64,000 nucleotides of DNA from Octopus bimaculoides (Eukaryota), in the NCBI RefSeq assembly GCF_001194135.2, contig NC_068999.1, positions 53,771,254 through 53,835,253 on the forward strand, read 5' to 3'. The position numbers and the translations under genes are program-made. Positions 55,651 to 64,000 of this stretch are shown here, one piece after another (the first letter of the stretch is position 1; each line of letters begins with the position of its first letter). The notes under the pieces are model-generated. The model was not told the origin of the DNA, searched no databases, and saw nothing but the letters and a program-made list of their open reading frames with translations.

Positions 55651-56116
55651 TAAAAGTCGAAGTCAACTGAACAAGTTTCCAATTGCTGTGGCAGCATATG
55701 AACCATCATCATTTTCTTTGGTAGACTGACACTATCAGTAGAAAATTAGATATTTGGTGAGAAATATATATCTGAGAAAGAGATAGAATGGTACTCACGA
55801 CCCTTACTGGCCTTCCTAAGATAATTGATATTCTACTTCAATATCTGTAGAGCTCTATGAAAAATATGGGTGGGAAGTGTCTCACAAAGTGTTGCAGTTC
55901 TGGGAAGGAGGGTTAGGAAAAGCGAGGGAATTATATATATATATAATTTTTTTTTTTATTTGGAAGAAATTACAGCGTGACTCATGGGCCAAGAGATTTG
56001 TGCATTGGCACTTTTCAGACTCTCATGCCTTGAGTCATTCTGTAACTCATGTTTTGAGTTCTGTTTTCCAGTTTGTATCACCAAACCTGTTTATATGATA
56101 TTTTTTTTTTCTGTAG

Positions 56117-56338
56117 GTTATTCAAAGTGATGGTGTTACGTGGAAACTTGTTTTTATTGATGAAGACAAGGCTCAAGGCCGAGCACCTCCCATATTCCAA
56201 AAGATCCTACGTTCCAATGTCTTCCACATCTCGTTGCTGTTGTTGGTAATGCTAAATGCTTTCACCGCTGCCAGCTTAACATTTGACCATAATAAGACAA
56301 ATCCAGACCGTAAACTGGATGGATTTTATTATGCTGAG
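56117..56338 (+). CDS. NALCN: NALCN coding exon 8 (I-II linker, DII S1): VIQSDG...QGRAP...GFYYAE
   Basis: tgtag/gtata, 222 nt phase 0-0; QGRAP and RSxVFH conserved. Confidence 0.95.
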
Positions 56339-56742
56339 GTATAAATATTTGTTTTTTGATACAAGATGGTTATAATTGAGATGTCTTTGATCATAAGTTT
56401 ACTAGATCAGCACTGAGCTGGCCTAGGGTTAAACAACAACAATCAAGATAATTTACCTAAATTTATTTGTTCATTTGTCTTACATCCATTTTTGCATGCA
56501 TGTGTTGAATGAATACTTATTACCGAGGCTTTATCTTACAACTGGATGCTTTTCTTACTGCTAACACTCACCTGCTTTTCAAGTAAGGGATTTTTTTATT
56601 CCATCTAAAAAGCAGGAAAGCGTTAGCAAGTCTAGCCTTAAAAATCCTGCCTTGATTTCTTCTCCTCTAAACCATGATAGCATGGAAAAAAAACTGATGT
56701 TAAAACAAAACAGATAAAATAAACATCTTCACAAAGGCAAAC

Positions 56743-56906
56743 CTAAGTGGACTCAGTCTTTAAGTTATACCACCTATGATACCTACTCAGTGCTAAGTAG
56801 AATCAACCACTAAATTATACCACTTATGATACTTTTCTACTACTAAGTGGACCAAGCCACTAAGTTATACCACCTATGATATCTATTCACTACTAAGTGA
56901 ACTCAG
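56743..56906. repeat. 50-bp minisatellite, about 3.3 diverged units
   Basis: ctaagt at 56743, 56793, 56843, 56893; shared taagttataccacctatgata core. Confidence 0.9.
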
Positions 56907-57448
56907 TATACTCATCATGGGAATAGCATTACTTCATTCACAGAATATAAACTGCGAGTATCTTGATTGGTTCTAAGGCAGTGAGCTGGCAGAATCATTA
57001 GCATGCCAGGAAAAATGCTTAGTAGCATTTCATCTGTGTTCAGGTTTCACTGAAGTTGACTTTACCTTTCATTCTTTCAGAGTCAATAAAATAAGTACCA
57101 GTTGAGCACCCCCCCCCCACCTCCCTCGAGCTTGCTGGCCTTATATCAAAATTTGAAACCAATATTTTGATTGGTTGTCTAATACTATTCAACTAAACTG
57201 TCTATACATCTATACTCTCTGTTTCTATGCAGGACACTTAATTCTACATGCCTTCAATTCACCTAATTACAGGAAACCAGTATCACATCTTTAGAAATGT
57301 TATGTAAAATAGATTGGTATTTTATCCAGAAGAAAATATATCCCTCTTCTATTTAACACTACAGAATATAGAATTAAGTGCTGACTTTATGAACATTTGT
57401 GGTACATTGAAAGTTTTCAAGTGTGTGTATATGTAATGTATGTATGTA

Positions 57449-57498
<50 letters not shown>

Positions 57499-57563
57499 AT
57501 GTTATTCTTATTTAGATGTTTTGTATTTAATAATGTTTTTTCTATTCTAATGCTCCTTGTTGA

Positions 57564-58278
<715 letters not shown>

Positions 58279-58681
58279 ACAAGGTCAATCCAAGCAAGAT
58301 TTGAACTCAGAATTTCAAGGGACATAAATGATCAGTGCCAGAGCATTTAGTTGAACACTCTACTGTTTTCTTCCACTGAAGCATCTTCTGTTCTTTAGTG
58401 CAGCCATCATGGCTAAATCAAGAATTTTGAGGGATTTACTAAAATTTTAAAAACTTTGAAGATATTTATTAAAATAACTATTTTTTGTTTAAAATACTAT
58501 GAAACTTGTGTTTGGAATGCAGCTTAACAAATTATGAGAGAATGTTGAAATATAATTATGAATACTTTTTCATTATGGAGTCAAAAGTGGTCTCAACAGG
58601 ATTTGTATCGTAAGAATTACATGACAGCCTTCAGATATATTGTTTTTTGTTTGTAATAACTCTAAATTTTGTTTTCTAAAG

Positions 58682-58741
58682 GTTCTTCGAGTTGTTCGTC
58701 TCATAAAAGCATCTCCAGTTCTTGAAGACTTCTGTTGGAAG
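58682..58741 (+). CDS. NALCN: NALCN coding exon 10 (DII S4): VLRVVRLIKASPVLEDFCWK
   Basis: ctaaag/gtttgt, 60 nt; matches human VLRVVRLIKISPALEDF. Not in the ORF track. Confidence 0.95.
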
Positions 58742-60146
58742 GTTTGTATATTTTGTCATTATTCCTGTTAGGAATCAGTTGTATGTGGGGCCTCCATCAG
58801 TTAATGTTGACCATACGTCTGCACATGTATATGCAGGCCTGATCAAAAGCTTTTGAGGAAGACTAACAGTCACCGACACATGCAAGTCTTTCCTTTCTCT
58901 CCATGCTACCTGTTTATCTAAGTTAAAGGCTGCAAACTTGAACCAATATAGCTTGGCACTAGTATAATCACAGGCATTACTGTCTGAACACAAAGGGCCT
59001 GAACAGATACAACAAGGCATTATGCCCAACTCTCTAACAGTTTTACCAGTCCTTTATCCTTGATGGGTACATCAACACATGTCTATGCAGGCGTCAGTGA
59101 GATTTTTTGAAGAAGAAGAAGACGATGACTGCCAGTTGCCCATGCATACAAACCTCTCCTCTCCGTGCAACTGAAGTTTACTCAAAGGAAAGTGGGGCTG
59201 ATACAGCCTTGTATCTGTGTTATCACAAGTAAAGAGTCAGAAGAGATACTACAACCCTCTGACGGTGTCACCAGTATGTCACTTTGAATTGGTACTTTTT
59301 TTTGTTGACCCCCAAAAAGATGAAAGGCTAAGTTGACCTCAGTTGAGTTTGAAATCAGAGTGCAGAGGGTCAGAACAAATACTGCAAGGCTTTCTAACTT
59401 TCTATTGACTTTGTCAGTTTGCTGCCTTAGAAACCAGTTTTAGTTTACCTATTTCTATGACATTTCCCATCATCAGACACAATAATTGTATCTCCCAGAT
59501 ATCTTGGACTTAATTTGACGTACTTCATCATCATCATCGTTATTTAGTGTCTGTTTTCCATGTTGGCATGGGTTAGACAGTTTGACTGGAATTGGTAAGC
59601 CAGAGAGTTGTACCAGGCTCCAGTCTGTTTGGGTTTGGTTTCTACAGCTAGATGCTCTCCTAATACCAACCACTTCACATCACAAAACCCAATAAAATTG
59701 CAAGGAGTATGATAATGGCAAACTGTATAAGCTACAGACCTTTTAAAGTGATGTTTTAGTTAGAAACTGTGAAATCATATTTCTTTATTGACAAACTACT
59801 CAATATTCCTTGTCACAAGTGCAGTTAAGAACAAAGACAGGACATTTTAATGTTACATTTTTACTGTGAAAACATTATAAAAACAAAATTGCCATCAATG
59901 TATCATACTTAATGCAAATACACTAATCATGGGCAAATCACTGCAGTATTTTTATACATTTATTCCATTCAGTTTTATTTTATTTATTTATTTATTCTTT
60001 GTTAATTTCAAATTTAAAGTCCTCCTTAATATTGGTGTATAGCTATTTCATAGAGAATCTTTTCAGTACAAACTGAAAGTCTACTACAATTTTACTATAA
60101 AGTTTTTGAAAATTTTATTTATTTAATTTTGATTTGTAAATTTTAG

Positions 60147-60389
<243 letters not shown>

Positions 60390-61378
60390 TAATGTTTTTC
60401 TATTTTAAGTAGGAAATCATTAATTTATTTAAAATTTAAATTATTTCAATTAAAGATAACTTCATACAAGCTAAATTATCAATTTCTAATTTTAAAAATA
60501 ATCTATTTGTTAGCATTTTTTATTAATAATATTAAGGAGTAGAGTGGCAGAGTGAAGATACCTGGCCCAGTGGTTTAGGATGTTGGACTCAGGATCACTT
60601 GTGGGTTCAGTTCTCAGACTGGGCAGGTTGTGTCCTTGTGCAAGTCACTACACTTCATACCGCTCCAGCACACTCAACTGGAAAAGAGTACCACTGACGC
60701 CTGGAGTGGCATCCTGTTCGAGAGGAACTGTTGTACTTTCAGCTTAAATGTCTTGAAAATCCAGATATGCTTCACTCTCATGAACTTGTAAGTTCAGAGC
60801 AGACAGTGGCAGAGGGAGTGAGAGACTGAGCCGTAGTGCAGTATTGTTTATACTCCAATGCAAGCGCTGTGCTTTGTCTCAGGGCAAAACACTCTTAATC
60901 CTGTTTGCCTGGGACACCTAATAAAGAAATTACCACTATTAATATTATCTAGAAATTGATATTTACTTAAAATATTCATTATCACTTTAAATTAAATTTA
61001 TATTTGTTGTATCAACTCAGTTTATAATATGAGCCAATGTTATTGTTATTTTTCATAAAGTAACTCATTATTTGATATAATATCACACTTTTTCTCAATA
61101 TCTTTTATTGTGTTTTCAAGAATCTGTACTTTTATTTAAAATTTTATTTTCAAAATCTTGTCAATTTTCAAACTCATTTACTTCACTTTTTTTTCAGTTT
61201 CTGCTAAGACTTCCATTGCAATATGTTTTACCAATAAATAATAGTATTTTCATTTTAATACTTTTCCTGGCGAGATGACAAGCAGTTTTTATTCAAAATT
61301 CTCTTAAATGTTACATGAAATAATCTATTATTATATTATAAATATATTTGTGTGTGTGTGTTATATATTATAATGTTG

Positions 61379-61448
<70 letters not shown>

Positions 61449-61449
<1 letters not shown>

Positions 61450-61949
61450 ACACAGTTACCAACTTGCTGTTATAAATATTTGATTTTTGTTTTTTTTTTG
61501 TTTTTTGTATGTTGGTACAGTTTTAATATTTTATAATGTAAATATAATACCTTCCATTTTCAGTCTTCAGATATCACATGTAAATTGGAAGTTGTTTATA
61601 ATGATAATGATATTTTCATGAGATAAAAACATGAAGCATGAGTTTTGTATTTCTTTTATTTTATATCTTGTGAATGTATCTGTAATCAATTACCAAAATG
61701 AAAGAGTAGTGACAAATTGTAAATGCAATTTATAAAGTACAATTTGATCATATCAAACATGTCTTCTGATGAAACAATTTTAACAGATACGAAATAAAAA
61801 GAAATATGAACTTCATGTTTTTTTTTCTTATACTATGTGTTCTTCATATTATTTAATAGCCCTATGCTAGTCACATTGAGCCCTACCAGGTCATGTAGTA
61901 GAGGGAGTTTAATGTGAATTTTGTCAAAAGTTGCAACATACAGTGATTA

Positions 61950-61991
<42 letters not shown>

Positions 61992-62210
61992 CACACACAC
62001 ACACATGCATATATTTTGTATTACATGTGTTGTATTTTTGCAAATAGCACACACTTAACAGCTCGCTGTTATAAATATTTGAATTTTTTTTTTGTTTTTT
62101 GTATGTTGGTACAGTTTTAATTTTATAATGTAAATTTAATACCTTCTATTTTCAGTCTTCAGATATCAGTTGTAAATTGAAAGTCGTTTATAATGATAAT
62201 GATATTTTTT
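61449..62210 (+). repeat. Local direct duplication of about 165 bp (61449-61615 and 62049-62210)
   Basis: both copies read gctgttataaatatttga...gtatgttggtacagttttaa...ttttcagtcttcagatatca...ataatgataatgatatttt. Confidence 0.9.
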
Positions 62211-64000
62211 TCTAGAAGATAGAAGTGAATATCATTATATCACTATGTATGCATATATATATATATATATATATATGTCCTTAATTTGTTATATCTATGC
62301 ATAAGCTTCGTACTCAGTTCATAATGTATTGTTGATGTGAAGTTTCACATATTTTCTGCTCTTCCATCACTCCCCACACCATTTGGGAAAGAATGTATAA
62401 GAAAGATGAGATTTGCTTTCATGATCCTGAAATGGACCCAAGATCAAATACATCAGCCAGTCCAGTAGTAGGGCCTCATATCAGTGTGCTGTAAACCCAT
62501 CAAGAGGAAGGTTCTGAAATGGTGCACATTTTCTCCTGACAACCCCTGAAACCTACTGGTGTCCAGTATGCAGAGTTTTTGACTAACTGCACTTGCACAA
62601 GCAAGTTGTTTCCGAGTCTTTGTTGTCCTCCACTATTGTAGCTTAGCTTAGTCACATCATTAATAGAACCACATTATTTCTGATGTTCTTGTTACCCCTT
62701 AGTTTATGATTTCAAATCCTTAACCTATCCATTAACACAATATTAATTGTATACATATGTGTAATTCATGTTCAGTATATATTACATATCATTATCATTC
62801 TTATTTGACATCCACTTTCCATATTGGCATAGTTTGGACAGCCTGTCATGGTACAAGTCAGTTCTTATTTGGAGTTACTGCCCTTATAGATAGCTGAAGG
62901 GTTACATTTTGGTCATATGTTTCATTACTGGCATGCTTTCTATGGTTGGATGCCCTTCCTAATGCCAACCACTTAACAAAATGTACTGAGTACATTTTAT
63001 AATGGTATCAGCACTACATCAGTGGCACCATATCTATATATATTAATTAAAATTATTCTATTTCAGTTTCACTGGTACAAGATTGTCTCTCCTTCTAAAG
63101 ACTTTTATTCTGTTGTACATCAATATTTTCCTTGTATGACAAGTAAAATAAATGTATAGGCTACACACCTGATCCTGGTTGTAGACATTTCACTTCACTT
63201 ATGTCACTGATACATGTGATAAAAGTATGGATATCACACAATTTTGATTTGTCATCCTATCAGAATGTAGCTTTTTTTGAGATAATGAGAGCAACTTCTA
63301 CACATTCATTTGGCTTGCTGAAAATAGTAGCCAGAGCATTTTAAAAGTGGATTAGTATATATGTGAACTTGTGGTTATATAATTGCTTGTTTTTTTATTT
63401 ATTCTATTTAGAATTTTTTTATTATTATTTTTAGAAAATTAAACTTCCAAAACAAAGCAAAAGTCAAAAAACATAAAAATGATCAAACCTTGGATATTTT
63501 TCCTGATAAAATTACTTGTAATATTATTTTATATGCATAAATTTTAGTTGTTGTTTTTTTATGTTTGCTTGAATTGAAAAGACTTTTTTTTTTGTTTTGT
63601 TTTGTTTTTGTTTTTTGTTGTTTTTTTTTTTTCATTTATCATCTTTAAAGGATTTCTTTCAGAAATTGTTCCTTAAGATTCAGAGATTATGTAATATCTT
63701 TAATCTACCCTTTTATTTTGTTGCTGTTGTTTGTATTTCTTATGGGTTGTATGTATAGATTAGTGTGAGCTGTATGTAGATTGACTAAATCTTTTTGGCT
63801 TTGAGCAACTTGTTCTTGTGCCTGAGGAATTTCAGAGAATTCTTTATTTTCTTCATTGTTAACTGCTTATTGTTATTAGTGAGTCTTTTGCTAGAATTAG
63901 CACATACCAAAATACACCACAAAATCTCAGAGAGTGATGTAGTAACTAAACTTTTTATTTTAAAATTATTCCAGAAAAATACAAAAACCTGAAACCCAAG

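Noticed and set aside
61555-61620. FSLQISHVNWKLFIM frame vaguely like the exon-15 FQILTQEGWVDVM
   Set aside because: Wrong length, no QEGW/QKGW, and the duplicate copy has a stop in this frame

Overview
AT-rich (microsatellite- and SINE-dense) animal genomic DNA with seven short assembly gaps; the repeat content is octopus-like (inference). Two + strand intron-rich genes are present. (1) The last four coding exons (2655-13104) of an MFS transporter, probably SLC16/monocarboxylate family (TM12 plus cytosolic tail). (2) The 5' part of the sodium leak channel NALCN: 11 coding exons from ATG 46339 to 60344, 540 codons, covering domain I and domain II up to its pore loop, all GT-AG and phase-consistent. 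A CpG-retaining probable promoter/5'-UTR region lies at about 38.5-43 kb. The rest is tRNA-derived SINEs, mariner/hAT/Tigger remnants, RTE and R4/Dong-type LINE fragments, foldback MITEs and simple repeats. The most notable unexplained signals are: a tRNA-headed SINE-like element carrying a minimal type I hammerhead ribozyme motif, a second hammerhead-like motif, near-perfect inverted duplications in NALCN introns (candidate ADAR substrates), charge-reversal substitutions in NALCN at sites where A-to-I editing would interconvert K and E, and a frame-switching exon in the transporter tail. No database searches were run; family assignments and human comparisons are from recalled motifs.
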